A DNA stretch of 64,000 bases, taken from the NCBI GenBank assembly GCA_038206355.1, contig JBBRAY010000008.1, positions 17,975 to 81,974 of the forward strand, in the 5' to 3' direction. The stretch is from Bacteroidia bacterium. Its GTDB lineage: Bacteria; Bacteroidota; Bacteroidia; AKYH767-A; 2013-40CM-41-45. The translations under genes and the position numbers were made by a program. The notes under the pieces are model-generated. The model had not been told where the DNA came from. It worked only from the letters and a program-made list of their open reading frames with translations, and did not search any database. Below, piece by piece: positions 20,690 to 30,983 of this stretch (positions are counted from its first letter, which is position 1; every line of letters begins with the position of its first letter).

Positions 20690-21353
20690 AATCCCGAAGG
20701 GATTAAATATCATTTACCCCTGATGAAGTCGGGGGTAAATGCGTACAAGTGATCTCCTTCAACCACGAAGTGGTTGAATATCAATCGAACAAATATTTCT
20801 CATCAAATTCCACTTCATGCTCAATGAGTAATTCAATATACTCATCTTTAAAGGTTTTCTTCCGGTGATGCTCAACCTGGTTTTGCACGTACCGAATCAG
20901 GTTTTTCTTCGCTTCGATAGCATAAGTGAATCCGCCGTATCCAATCTGCCATGAATCAAAAGCAGGGAAAAGGTTTTTAGACTTTATATATTCATTACTC
21001 GCGATCTTTATATCTTTTACCAGGAATGCCAAAGCCACCGTGGGATGAATGTGTGTAACAATATGAACATGATCTTCAATTCCGCCTATCTGGTACAGGT
21101 GGCATTTTTTCTTGGCGAGTATTCCTGCTATATATTTATACAGTTCAGGTCTGTTATTCGCTTCAAGTGTCTTGCGCCTATGCTTGGTACCGAATACGAT
21201 TTGATAAAGATTTTGATTGTAAGATCCCATGACTTTTTTTTTACAAATTAAATTCATGGTTTTCTATTGCGCATCCGATAAAAGCGAATTTTTTCCTTCA
21301 ATCCCGGAGGGATTGAATATCAGTTACCTCTGACCTAGTCAGAGGACAGTAAC
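20690..21353 (-). mobile_element. REP-associated tyrosine transposase (RAYT, IS200-like Y1 HuH) flanked by two copies of a compound REP hairpin element
   Basis: The CDS 20781..21257 (158 aa, or start at Met10 = 21230) carries HVHIVTHIHP, a HuH motif, and YGGFTY. Directly repeated flanks at 20690-20740 and 21299-21353: aatcccGAAGGGATTaAATATCAtTTACCcCTGA...GTCgGGgGtaaa versus aatcccGGAGGGATTgAATATCAgTTACCtCTGAcctaGTCAGAGGacagtaac. Each flank holds two hairpins with covarying stems. A perfect palindrome TTCAACCACgaaGTGGTTGAA lies at 20758-20778. Confidence 0.7.
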
Positions 21354-21616
21354 CCCTGACGCACTCAGTGCATATAAACCCGGAGAACAATAGTGAAAGA
21401 TAAATAATTCCGCTCGCCATGAAACCGGGTCCTTTATTCAATAGCCCCGGCTGAAGCGAATACCCCGGATGCGTTGGCCGGGGCGATGGCCGGAGTAGCA
21501 GTGGAAGACGGGACGGAGGTTTCTATGAAACAATAAACTTTCGCTCCCAAAAATCAGGATAGAATGTGACTGCTTCAGTCGTTCCTCCCTCGCAATTCCA
21601 TTTCCAATTTAATTCT

Positions 21617-22852
21617 CTAATCCAATTCAACATCCACCTGATTCCTCAACAAATCATCAATCGTTTCACGCTTGCGGATGAGGTGCGCTTTGCCTTTGTA
21701 GATGAACACTTCAGCAGGACGCATGCGTGAGTTGTAATTGTTGCTCATGGAAAAACCGTACGCACCGGCATTGCAGATGGCGAGAATGTCACCTTCGCGG
21801 ACTTCACTGATTTTTCGATCCCAGCCCAGCGTATCCGTTTCACAGATATATCCCACCACAGAATAAATGCGCGGCTTGCCTCCGGGATTGGAAACGTTGG
21901 CGATGTGGTGATGCGAATCATAAAACATCGGACGGATGAGGTGATTTTGTCCGCTGTCAACGCCTGCGAAAACAGTGGAGAGTGTTTGCTTAATGACGTT
22001 TACCTTAACAAGTAAAAAACCACACTCGCTGACGAGAAATTTCCCCGGTTCAAACCACAGCTCAAGCTGGCGACCATAGCTTTTACAGAACTCTGCAAAT
22101 CGTTGTGAGAGTTCTGTGCCAAGTTCTTCGATGTCGGTGACTGCATCATCATCTTTATACGCCACTTTAAATCCGCTTCCGAAATCAATGAACTCCAGGT
22201 CAGGAAAACTTTGTGCCGTTTCAAACATGAGATCTGCCACGCGAAGAAAAACCGATGAATCGAGAATCTCAGAGCCGGTGTGAATGTGCAGGCCGTTTAT
22301 TTTGATGTTATAATTTTTTACGATGCGTTCCACATGCCGCAACTGGTAAATGGAAATGCCGAACTTGGAATCAATATGTCCGGTTTGAATGTGCGTATTA
22401 CCACCAGCCATGATGTGCGGATTGAGCCGTATGCAACATGGAACCTTGCCACCGAAATCGTGGCCGAAATGTTCGAGTACGGAGATATTGTCAATGTTGA
22501 TCTTTACGCCCAGTTCAACTGCTTTCATGATCTCTTCGAATGAAACACCGTTTGGGGTAAATAAAATTTCGTTCGCAGAAAAACCTGCCAGCATTCCCAG
22601 TTGCACTTCTTCAATGGAAACGGCATCCAGTCCCGCTCCGATTTTTTTCATCAGCTTCAATATCGCCTGATTAGAATTTGCCTTGAGCGCATATTTTATT
22701 TTGAGCGAAACACCTTTGAAAGGTGAGGTGAGTTTTTGATATTGCCTTTCGATGATGTCTCCGTCATATACATAAAGCGGTGAACCATATTGGGAGCAAA
22801 GTGCTGTGAGCTGATTTGCATTTTTGGCCAGATAACTATTGAGTTCTTCCAT
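21617..22852 (-). CDS. lysA: Diaminopimelate decarboxylase (PLP-dependent fold-III decarboxylase)
   Basis: GSPLYVYD, KYALKANSNQAILK (PLP Lys), GAGLDAVS and CESGD-like region. The start is the internal Met MEELNSY at 22852; the longer ORF would overlap the divergent VOC gene. Confidence 0.85.
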   Translation of the reverse strand: MEELNSYLAKNANQLTALCSQYGSPLYVYDGDIIERQYQKLTSPFKGVSLKIKYALKANSNQAILKLMKKIGAGLDAVSIEEVQLGMLAGFSANEILFTPNGVSFEEIMKAVELGVKINIDNISVLEHFGHDFGGKVPCCIRLNPHIMAGGNTHIQTGHIDSKFGISIYQLRHVERIVKNYNIKINGLHIHTGSEILDSSVFLRVADLMFETAQSFPDLEFIDFGSGFKVAYKDDDAVTDIEELGTELSQRFAEFCKSYGRQLELWFEPGKFLVSECGFLLVKVNVIKQTLSTVFAGVDSGQNHLIRPMFYDSHHHIANVSNPGGKPRIYSVVGYICETDTLGWDRKISEVREGDILAICNAGAYGFSMSNNYNSRMRPAEVFIYKGKAHLIRKRETIDDLLRNQVDVELD

Positions 22853-22906
22853 TAACTTTCCTGATGCTAAAAAGATTGTATTATTGAAGTTCAAAAGTAT
22901 AACAAT

Positions 22907-23320
22907 ATGAAGCGTGTAACCTCTATTGGCGGAATTTTTTTCAAGTGCGAAAACCCTGAACAGATCAGGGCATGGTACAACAAGCATCTTGGCATCAATA
23001 CGGATGCATACGGTGCTTCTTTCGAGTGGCGCAAGAGCGACAAGCCGGAGGAGAAAGGATTCACAGCCTGGAGTCCGATGAAGGAAGATACCAAATACTT
23101 TGACCCGTCACCAAAACAATTCATGATCAACTTCCGTGTGGAGAATCTTGAAGAGCTGGTGAAAGTTTTGAGAAGCGAAGGCATTGAGGTCGTAGATGAG
23201 ATCGAATCATTTGATTACGGAAAGTTTGTACATATCATGGATCCTGAAGGAAATAAAATAGAATTATGGGAGCCAAAAGATGTGGAGTTTGAAAAAATGC
23301 TGGGCGTTGTAACTAAATAA
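22907..23320 (+). CDS. VOC/glyoxalase-bleomycin resistance family protein
   Basis: 137 aa with IGGIFFKCENPEQIRAWY...KFVHIMDPEGNKIELWEP. Confidence 0.7.
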   Translation: MKRVTSIGGIFFKCENPEQIRAWYNKHLGINTDAYGASFEWRKSDKPEEKGFTAWSPMKEDTKYFDPSPKQFMINFRVENLEELVKVLRSEGIEVVDEIESFDYGKFVHIMDPEGNKIELWEPKDVEFEKMLGVVTK

Positions 23321-23333
23321 ATTTATTTTAATT

Positions 23334-24116
23334 ATGAAACTAAAAATCTATCAGGTCGATGCCTTTACCGATAAACTCTTCGGAGGAAATCCTGCTGCTG
23401 TAGTTCCGCTGAATGAATGGCTGCCTGATGCTTCACTTCAGAATATTGCTGCAGAAAATAATCTCGCAGAGACTGCTTTCTTCGTGAAAACTACAAATGG
23501 TTTTCACTTGCGTTGGTTTACACCGGAGAATGAAATTGATCTCTGTGGACATGCAACGGTTGCGTCTGCATTTGTTTTGCATCACTTAGAAAATTATAAA
23601 GGAGAAGAAATTTCCTTTGAATCCAAAAGCGGAAGACTGACGGTAAGAAAAAACGGCGACCTGTTCACGCTTAATTTTCCCGCTTATGAAATCTCATCTG
23701 CCGAAGCAACCAACGATGTAATTGACGCCATAGGGAAAGTTCCGGCTGAAGTTTTCAAAATGAAAAATGATCTGATGCTTGTATATCATGATCAGGTTAC
23801 ATTACAGATGATAAAACCGGATTTCGGAAAGCTAAAGAAATGTGCAGCACGTGCGGTTTTAATTACTTCACCATCTGACGAAACGGATTTCGTTTATCGT
23901 TTCTTTGCACCTAAAATGGGAATTGATGAAGACCCTGCAACGGGATCGGCCCAATGTTCACTCCTACCTTACTGGAGTGCACGTCTGAATAAAACTTCGC
24001 TCTCCTCCATTCAATTATCCAAAAGAATTGGTCATCTGCATGGTGCTTTGAAAGGTGATCGTGTAGAAATTTCAGGAAAAGCTGTGTTATACCTTAAGGG
24101 CGAGATTGAAATTTAA
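23334..24116 (+). CDS. PhzF-family isomerase
   Basis: IYQVDAFTDKLFGGNPAAVV...LCGHATVASAFVL...DPATGSAQCSL. Confidence 0.8.
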   Translation: MKLKIYQVDAFTDKLFGGNPAAVVPLNEWLPDASLQNIAAENNLAETAFFVKTTNGFHLRWFTPENEIDLCGHATVASAFVLHHLENYKGEEISFESKSGRLTVRKNGDLFTLNFPAYEISSAEATNDVIDAIGKVPAEVFKMKNDLMLVYHDQVTLQMIKPDFGKLKKCAARAVLITSPSDETDFVYRFFAPKMGIDEDPATGSAQCSLLPYWSARLNKTSLSSIQLSKRIGHLHGALKGDRVEISGKAVLYLKGEIEI

Positions 24117-24246
24117 GATCTATTTATCATCCATTAGATTCTTCTTTAATTTCTCAGGCCTCCTATTTTTCGAAATTCGTGATTTTGTATTCGAAATTTC
24201 AGAATTCCCTTACCTTTGGACCTCCTAAATCTAAAACCTAACCGCT

Positions 24247-25314
24247 ATGACCCGCAAACATAATTTCGGTGCCGGACCCGGCATATTACCTGAATCCGCT
24301 TTACAAAAAGCTGCTGCTGATATTCTGAACTTCAATAACTCCGGAATGGGTGTGCTGGAAATCTCTCACCGCAGCAAGGATTTCGAAGCCGTATTGCAAA
24401 AAGCAAAATCACTCGTTAAAGAATTGCTGAAAGTTCCTGATACGCATGAGGTACTTTTCGTTCAGGGCGGCGCGAGTACTCAGTTTGCCATGGTGCCGAT
24501 GAACCTGCTGAAAAAGAAAGCCGCATACATTGACGAAGGTGCCTGGAGTAATAAAGCCATCAAAGAAGCTAAACTTTTTGGTGAGGTAAATGTGCTGGCA
24601 TCCAGTAAAGACAAGAATTATTCATACATGCCCACGGGTTATACAATCCCTGCCGATTGCGATTACCTGCACATCACATCCAATGAAACAATTCACGGCA
24701 CACAGATTAAAAATTTTCCTGAATCACCGATTCCTGTTGTGTGCGACATGTCATCCGATATTTTCTCACGTCCTGTTGACGTTTCGAAATTCGATATCAT
24801 CTATGCGGGCGCACAAAAAAATATGGGACCCTCCGGAGTGACCATGGTCATCATTAAGAAGGACATCGTTGGCAAACATGGAAAAACAATTCCGACCATG
24901 CTTGATTACAAAACACATCTCGACAATGATTCTCTTTACAATACACCTCCTGTATTCGGAATACTGATGATCATGTATACGCTTGAATGGCTGAAGAGCA
25001 TCGGTGGTGTGGAAGGCATGGAAAAAATCAACAAGCAAAAATTTGATTTATTCTATGGTGAAGTGGACGGCAATCCCATGTTTGTCGGTACTGCTGCAAA
25101 GGAGGATCGTTCTCCTATGAACGCCTGTTTTCTTTTGTATGACAACGCGCTTGACGAAGAATTTTTAAACATGACCAAAACCGCAGGCATCATTGGCATC
25201 AAGGGACACCGTTCAGTCGGCGGATTCCGTGCGAGCATGTATAATGCGCTTCCGCTTGAGAGTGTGAAAGTGCTGGTTCAGGTGATGAAAGAATTTGCAA
25301 ATGTAAAGGCATAA
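24247..25314 (+). CDS. serC: Phosphoserine aminotransferase
   Basis: NFGAGPGILPESALQKAA...ISHRSKDF...VQGGASTQFAMVP. Confidence 0.9.
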   Translation: MTRKHNFGAGPGILPESALQKAAADILNFNNSGMGVLEISHRSKDFEAVLQKAKSLVKELLKVPDTHEVLFVQGGASTQFAMVPMNLLKKKAAYIDEGAWSNKAIKEAKLFGEVNVLASSKDKNYSYMPTGYTIPADCDYLHITSNETIHGTQIKNFPESPIPVVCDMSSDIFSRPVDVSKFDIIYAGAQKNMGPSGVTMVIIKKDIVGKHGKTIPTMLDYKTHLDNDSLYNTPPVFGILMIMYTLEWLKSIGGVEGMEKINKQKFDLFYGEVDGNPMFVGTAAKEDRSPMNACFLLYDNALDEEFLNMTKTAGIIGIKGHRSVGGFRASMYNALPLESVKVLVQVMKEFANVKA

Positions 25315-25381
25315 AAGGAGAACGATGACCCCGAAACTTTGGGGTGATAATTATGATACATTGTGATCAAAAAATAAAATC

Positions 25382-26353
25382 ATGGTAAAAATATTAGCCA
25401 ACGACGGAATAGATTCCGCCGGTATGAAAATTTTCGAAGCGGCGGGATTTACAGTCTCAACCGATAAAGTAGCACAGGAAAATTTAAGCGATGCGCTTAA
25501 GAATTTTGATGCTGTTCTGGTTCGTAGCGCCACTCAGGTTCGTCAGATAAATATTGATGCAGTTCCGAATCTTAAACTGATCGGTCGCGCCGGTGTGGGG
25601 ATGGATAATATTGACGTGAAATATGCGCGTGAGAAAGGACTGGCTGTTGTGAACACTCCTGCTGCATCATCTCAATCAGTAGCCGAACTGGTATTTGCAC
25701 ATTTATTCACGGGTGTTCGTTTGCTACATGATGCGAACCGTAACATGCCGGCCAGCGATTCAAAAGAAACCTTTGATAAACTGAAAAAAAAATATTCTGC
25801 AGGCAGTGAATTGCGTGGAAAAACGCTGGGCATCATTGGCGCCGGACAAATCGGTAAATGTGTCGCTGCGATTGCTATTGGTCTTGGCATGAACGTTTTG
25901 TTTCACCGGCTCAATAATGAAGATGTTGTTGTAGACCTTGACTTTCATCCTGCATTGAGTCAGCGAAAAGTTTCCATCGCTTTTAAATGTGTTTCATTCA
26001 CCAAGCTGATTACAGAAAGCGATTTCATTACCATGCATGTTCCTTTCCCGAAAGGAAGCACCGCTGTAATCGGTAAAAAAGAATTTGACCTCATGAAACC
26101 CGGCGTAGGTATCGTAAACACAGCCCGGGGAGGGGTGGTTTCAGAAAATGATTTAATAGAAGCTCTTAACTCCGGTAAAGTTGGTTTCGCAGGAATTGAT
26201 GTTTTCCAAGGGGAGCCACTCATCAAGGAAGCATTGCGCAATAATCCTAAAGTATCACTCAGTCCGCATATCGGCGGTTCCACCAAAGAAGCGCAGGAAA
26301 GGATTGGGATTGAACTGGCGCAAAAAGTAGTCGAGTATTTCAATAGCAAGTAA
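25382..26353 (+). CDS. serA: D-3-phosphoglycerate dehydrogenase (short form)
   Basis: GKTLGIIGAGQIGKCVA is the NAD Rossmann motif, in a 2-hydroxyacid dehydrogenase catalytic region, immediately after serC. Confidence 0.85.
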   Translation: MVKILANDGIDSAGMKIFEAAGFTVSTDKVAQENLSDALKNFDAVLVRSATQVRQINIDAVPNLKLIGRAGVGMDNIDVKYAREKGLAVVNTPAASSQSVAELVFAHLFTGVRLLHDANRNMPASDSKETFDKLKKKYSAGSELRGKTLGIIGAGQIGKCVAAIAIGLGMNVLFHRLNNEDVVVDLDFHPALSQRKVSIAFKCVSFTKLITESDFITMHVPFPKGSTAVIGKKEFDLMKPGVGIVNTARGGVVSENDLIEALNSGKVGFAGIDVFQGEPLIKEALRNNPKVSLSPHIGGSTKEAQERIGIELAQKVVEYFNSK

Positions 26354-26577
26354 CCACTCGTTTTGCCATCACTACTGGTACTGTTCTGCATTAAATAAAT
26401 GGTTCTATACCCCTTAAGAGAACCTGAATAACAAACTTCCATTAGATTATTTTTTTTGTTTGCAGAAGAAATCCCGGCTCCCGGTTTTTCCGTTTCCTGC
26501 ATTTTGCTTTGAAAAAGGAGCAAATAAATCCTTCAAAAAAATCAGGGAAAACCCTCTTTACTGGCATTGGTCCAACT

Positions 26578-26585
26578 CCTACATT
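26578..26585 (+). promoter_or_regulatory. Candidate -7 element TACATTTG upstream of 26630 CDS
   Basis: Matches TAnnTTTG about 45 nt upstream of the ATG. Confidence 0.25.
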
Positions 26586-26629
26586 TGGTAAATAAAACCA
26601 AACAACCAAACCAACTAAAAATAACAATT

Positions 26630-27154
26630 ATGAATTCAACATGGATGAAAATCGGAATTGCTTATGTTGCAGGAATGATCACCTATGGAGTGTATCAGAA
26701 TCACGAACACTCAGAAGAAATGAACAAGCTAATGAGCCTGAGCATGGATTCTGCCGGTGCGGACACTACATCATTTGTTCCTTGTGCATGTGATAATGAA
26801 CCACGATACAATGTTTCACCAAGAGATACATCCGGTAATCATCCTATTGACGGTGATGCAGCATGCAAACTTATGGTCGGAGGTAGAGATGAAATTGCAG
26901 GAACCGGCTCCAAAACACTTGCACCAACTAAAGGTGCCTGGTTCAGTAAGGTTACACTCGATTTGCTATTTTGTCGCATACCTGATGCAAATGGAATATT
27001 TGTTTACAAAGGATCGATGAAAGGAGACGGCAAAGATCCTGTTTATCTCATTGAAGCGGGAAGAACGAATTACATAACTGTGGAGGATGATGGCGTCGCA
27101 ACTATGTATTATTCCCGCGCGATGTGCCCTACCGTTTGCGGCAGTTGTTATTGA
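26630..27154 (+). CDS. Small Cys-containing membrane/secreted hypothetical protein
   Basis: N-terminal hydrophobic helix MKIGIAYVAGMITYGVY and a C-terminal CPTVCGSCY. The start was taken at the internal ATG at 26630. Confidence 0.4.
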   Translation: MNSTWMKIGIAYVAGMITYGVYQNHEHSEEMNKLMSLSMDSAGADTTSFVPCACDNEPRYNVSPRDTSGNHPIDGDAACKLMVGGRDEIAGTGSKTLAPTKGAWFSKVTLDLLFCRIPDANGIFVYKGSMKGDGKDPVYLIEAGRTNYITVEDDGVATMYYSRAMCPTVCGSCY

Positions 27155-27244
27155 CTTTAGCATGAACAATCAGTATGATTTATTGCAAAGTTACATCACT
27201 TGATTCTGACTCATCTCCATTTTGGCCGGTCAAAATAAATTACT

Positions 27245-30200
27245 GTGAAAAATCTTTTTAAGATTTATGTATTGATTGGATGCATATGGATGCACGGGAA
27301 AACGTATGCTTCAAATAATGTATCATTTGAATCCATTACGACTACCGATGGACTCATTCAGAATACGGTCCATAGTATTATTCAGGATCACAATGGATTT
27401 ATCTGGATTGGAACAGAAGACGGCCTCAACCGATATGATGGAAGACGATTTGTGCCCTACATTCATATAAGCAATGACAGCACCTCACTTTCCGATAATT
27501 TTATTGAGGTAATTTATGAAGACCACAATGGAAATATCTGGCTCGGTACACGTAACGGATTAAACATTTATGACGAAGTCAGGAATACCTTTATCCACGT
27601 TCCTCTCGGAAATTTTTCGAAAAATATTTATACCCCAGCCATTACTGAGGACGTCTATGGAAATATGTGGGTGGGGACTGATGGCTCCGGACTCTTAAAA
27701 ATCCGAATCGACTCTTCGGGAAACCGATTGACATTTAATGTGTCTCAGTTTCTGAATGAAACGACAGATAGCACCACAATACCAAGCAACACGGTCTTTT
27801 CCCTTGAAACCGATTTGCTGCACAACTTATGGATTGGGACGGAGTCGGGATTGTGTAAACTTCCGGCAAGCGAACTGAACTCCTCTGTTCCAACCACACA
27901 TTTCGAACACATCCTGATTTACCTCGACAATAAATGTCTCTTGAATAAGGAGCGGGTAAGTGAAATCGTAAACCATGGCAGCTGTATTTGGGTGGGGACC
28001 AAAGGCAAATTAATTTTTTGCCTCAACTATGGTGCTGGAAATAACAATGACTGGAGTTTGATTCGCACGAAAATAAAACCTACAATTCCTGACGCCATAA
28101 CGGTTGTTACCTCAATGGTTTTTGATGGCAGTGACAATCTCTGGGTAACTTATGGTGAAGATGGGTTATCAAAAATATCTTTTGAAAATGGCTATTATGT
28201 TGAAGAGCCTTATCGCCACGAAAAAGCAAAATTAAATTCCCTGCTTTCCGGTCCATGCCTGACAGTAATGAAAGACCGGACCAGTATGCTATGGATAGGT
28301 ACATTAAACGGCATATCTCTGCTTAACCCAACCAAAGAAAGATTTTCTGCTAAATTATTTCCGATTATTGAAAAAGATACTACCGATTTCATAACCCAGG
28401 CATTCTACCTTGAACGTAACCGGTACTATTTCTTTGGCACAAGCATAACAGGGCTTTTCATTTTCGACAACCAGTCAAAACATACGTACAGAATACATTC
28501 CATGTCCAAGCTGGATATTTTCAGCATCAAAAAAGATGACAAGGGAAATTTCTGGATTGGCACCAATGCCGGACTGGCATTCATTAAATACAGTTCTCTG
28601 TTTATTGATGACGGAAGAACGCAGACTATTAACAGCAATTGTGAAGTCCGGTTCTATAAAAAAAACGAGGCAGATCCTGACAACTCCATTCAAAGTAATC
28701 TCGTTTTTACACTGGCGCAGGATCACAATGGAAGGATATGGATTGGCACCGGTCAGGGGTTGTCCGGCATGGACATATCAACAGGAAAAATAAAACGCGT
28801 CAATCTCAACCCAAATAATTTAAGTCTTTTTGATGAGCGCATCATCCGTCATTTATTGGTTGACGCAGAAAATCATTTGTGGATTGCTACCGATGGCGGA
28901 TTATTCCAATATAATTTATCTACCAACATTTTTAAAAGGATATACGGTGGAAATTCAGATACAACAGGTCTTCCAAGTCAGCGTATTATTTGTCTGCATT
29001 CCGATTTCCGAAATCGTCTTTGGGTAGGAACAAACGGGGGCGGAATCTGCTATTACAATGCAGAAAAAAACACATTTCATTCCTATTCACAAAATGATGG
29101 CCTTGCAAGCAGTGTTGTGCACAGCATTCAGAGTGATCCATCCGGAAATTTATGGATCGGAACCAATAAGGGTATATCACGATTCAATCCCGAAAAAAAA
29201 ACAGCGACCAATTATGATTCAAGGGATGGACTTGCCGCTGACCATTTCAATGAAACTGCTTCAATGATTACGGCTGATGGGTTTTTATTTTTTGGCGGAA
29301 TAAAAGGATTCAATTGCTTTCACCCCGACAGCATACACATGAACAGTTTAATTCCGCCGGTAGTACTTACTGATTTCAAACTCATCGACAAATCTATTTT
29401 AATCGGGAACCCTCAAATGCGCGAGCTGATTCTGTCAGGGCAACCGTTGACTTTTAATCACGAAGAAAATAATTTCTCCTTTGAATTTGCTGCATTGAAC
29501 TTTATCAACACACAAAAAAATCAATATGCTGTAATGCTTGAGGGGTTTGACAAGAACTGGGTAAATCTGGGATCCCGGAATTATGTTTCCTATACTAACA
29601 TGAACCCCGGAAATTATACCCTCAGAGTGAAGGCATCAAATAATGATAACGTATGGAATGAAACGGGGATATCTCTTCCCATTCTAATCAAGGCCCCATT
29701 TTACCGTTACTGGTGGTTCAAAATATTACTTGCATTGGCCGTTGCCCTATTAATTTATATTTATTACCGGGAGCACATTAAGAATATTGAGAACAGGAAA
29801 GAAAAAGAAATTGCATTACATCAGACGCAGCTCAAAGAGCAGTTTCTTGCCAACATGAGCCATGAAATACGCACGCCGTTGAATGCAATCATGGGGATGA
29901 CGCGACTGCTCAAGGAAAAAAATCCGAAACCGGATCAGTTGAAATACCTGAATGCTATTACTCAGTCGTCAGATCATTTACTGGTGCTGATCAATGACAT
30001 TCTTGATTTCTCAAAAATCGAAGCCGGAAAAATTGAGCTTGAAAATATTCCATTCAATGTTTATGATGCCATACATAATGTGCATACAACATTGCGTTTC
30101 AAAGCAGAAGAAAAAGGATTGACATTTTCTGTTCGCATTTCACCGGAGGTTCCCAAAACGGTACTTGGCGATCCTGTTCGTCTGGCTCAGGTGTTGATCA

Positions 30201-30973
30201 ACCTCGCGGGTAATGCCATTAAATTTACGTCGAAGGGAAGCGTGATGATTACGTGCAGTGCTGTTGAAATAAACAAGAAACAGTCTAAGTTAAGCTTCAA
30301 TGTAATTGATACAGGTGTAGGAATTGCGGAAGAGAGCATCGGGAAAATATTTGAAAGTTTCACACAGGAAAACAGTAGCGTGAACCGTGAATTTGGTGGC
30401 ACCGGGCTCGGACTCGCGATTTCAAAACGCCTGATTGAAATGCAGGGCGGCTCTCTTGACGTAAGCAGCGTAAAGGGAGAAGGAAGTACATTCAATGTTT
30501 CAGTCCCTTTTACCATAGCACAACAGGAAGTTGAAGTAGCTATTGTTGAAACTGTGGATCCGGATATCCGCAGGAAAATGGTTGACCTGAAAATTTTGCT
30601 TGTAGATGATAATCATTTCAACCAGCTTGTTGCCATTGATACGCTTGAACTGGAACTCACACGTGCAAATATTGATGTTGCAGAAAATGGGGAGGAAGCC
30701 ATCAGACTGGTGAATGAAAATAATTACGACATCGTATTGATGGATGTACAAATGCCTGTGATGAACGGGCTCGAAGCCACACGTGCGATCAGGAAATTAT
30801 CTGCACCCAAAAACCAGACACGCATCATTGCCATGACTGCCAGCGCCATGAAAACGGAGGTGGAGCGCTGCTTTGCCGCAGGCATGGACGACTTTGTTGC
30901 CAAACCTTTTAATACTGTTGAGCTGCTGAAAAAGATGTCGCGGCTTGTAGTACGCTTGAAAGTAGTCGCATAA
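27245..30973 (+). CDS. Hybrid sensor histidine kinase/response regulator with periplasmic two-component-regulator propeller repeats and a Y_Y_Y domain
   Basis: Repeated WIGT/LWIGT propeller blades, one TM (WWFKILLALAVALLIYIYY), HisKA (MSHEIRTPLNAI), HATPase (GTGLGLAISKRLIEMQGG) and REC (LLVDDN...MDVQMP). It ends in REC with no output domain, and GTG is the apparent start. Confidence 0.85.
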   Translation: MKNLFKIYVLIGCIWMHGKTYASNNVSFESITTTDGLIQNTVHSIIQDHNGFIWIGTEDGLNRYDGRRFVPYIHISNDSTSLSDNFIEVIYEDHNGNIWLGTRNGLNIYDEVRNTFIHVPLGNFSKNIYTPAITEDVYGNMWVGTDGSGLLKIRIDSSGNRLTFNVSQFLNETTDSTTIPSNTVFSLETDLLHNLWIGTESGLCKLPASELNSSVPTTHFEHILIYLDNKCLLNKERVSEIVNHGSCIWVGTKGKLIFCLNYGAGNNNDWSLIRTKIKPTIPDAITVVTSMVFDGSDNLWVTYGEDGLSKISFENGYYVEEPYRHEKAKLNSLLSGPCLTVMKDRTSMLWIGTLNGISLLNPTKERFSAKLFPIIEKDTTDFITQAFYLERNRYYFFGTSITGLFIFDNQSKHTYRIHSMSKLDIFSIKKDDKGNFWIGTNAGLAFIKYSSLFIDDGRTQTINSNCEVRFYKKNEADPDNSIQSNLVFTLAQDHNGRIWIGTGQGLSGMDISTGKIKRVNLNPNNLSLFDERIIRHLLVDAENHLWIATDGGLFQYNLSTNIFKRIYGGNSDTTGLPSQRIICLHSDFRNRLWVGTNGGGICYYNAEKNTFHSYSQNDGLASSVVHSIQSDPSGNLWIGTNKGISRFNPEKKTATNYDSRDGLAADHFNETASMITADGFLFFGGIKGFNCFHPDSIHMNSLIPPVVLTDFKLIDKSILIGNPQMRELILSGQPLTFNHEENNFSFEFAALNFINTQKNQYAVMLEGFDKNWVNLGSRNYVSYTNMNPGNYTLRVKASNNDNVWNETGISLPILIKAPFYRYWWFKILLALAVALLIYIYYREHIKNIENRKEKEIALHQTQLKEQFLANMSHEIRTPLNAIMGMTRLLKEKNPKPDQLKYLNAITQSSDHLLVLINDILDFSKIEAGKIELENIPFNVYDAIHNVHTTLRFKAEEKGLTFSVRISPEVPKTVLGDPVRLAQVLINLAGNAIKFTSKGSVMITCSAVEINKKQSKLSFNVIDTGVGIAEESIGKIFESFTQENSSVNREFGGTGLGLAISKRLIEMQGGSLDVSSVKGEGSTFNVSVPFTIAQQEVEVAIVETVDPDIRRKMVDLKILLVDDNHFNQLVAIDTLELELTRANIDVAENGEEAIRLVNENNYDIVLMDVQMPVMNGLEATRAIRKLSAPKNQTRIIAMTASAMKTEVERCFAAGMDDFVAKPFNTVELLKKMSRLVVRLKVVA

Positions 30974-30983
30974 TTTTTTTGCG

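Noticed and set aside
25960-26523. 187-aa minus-strand ORF
   Set aside because: Antisense overlap of serA with no recognisable domains.
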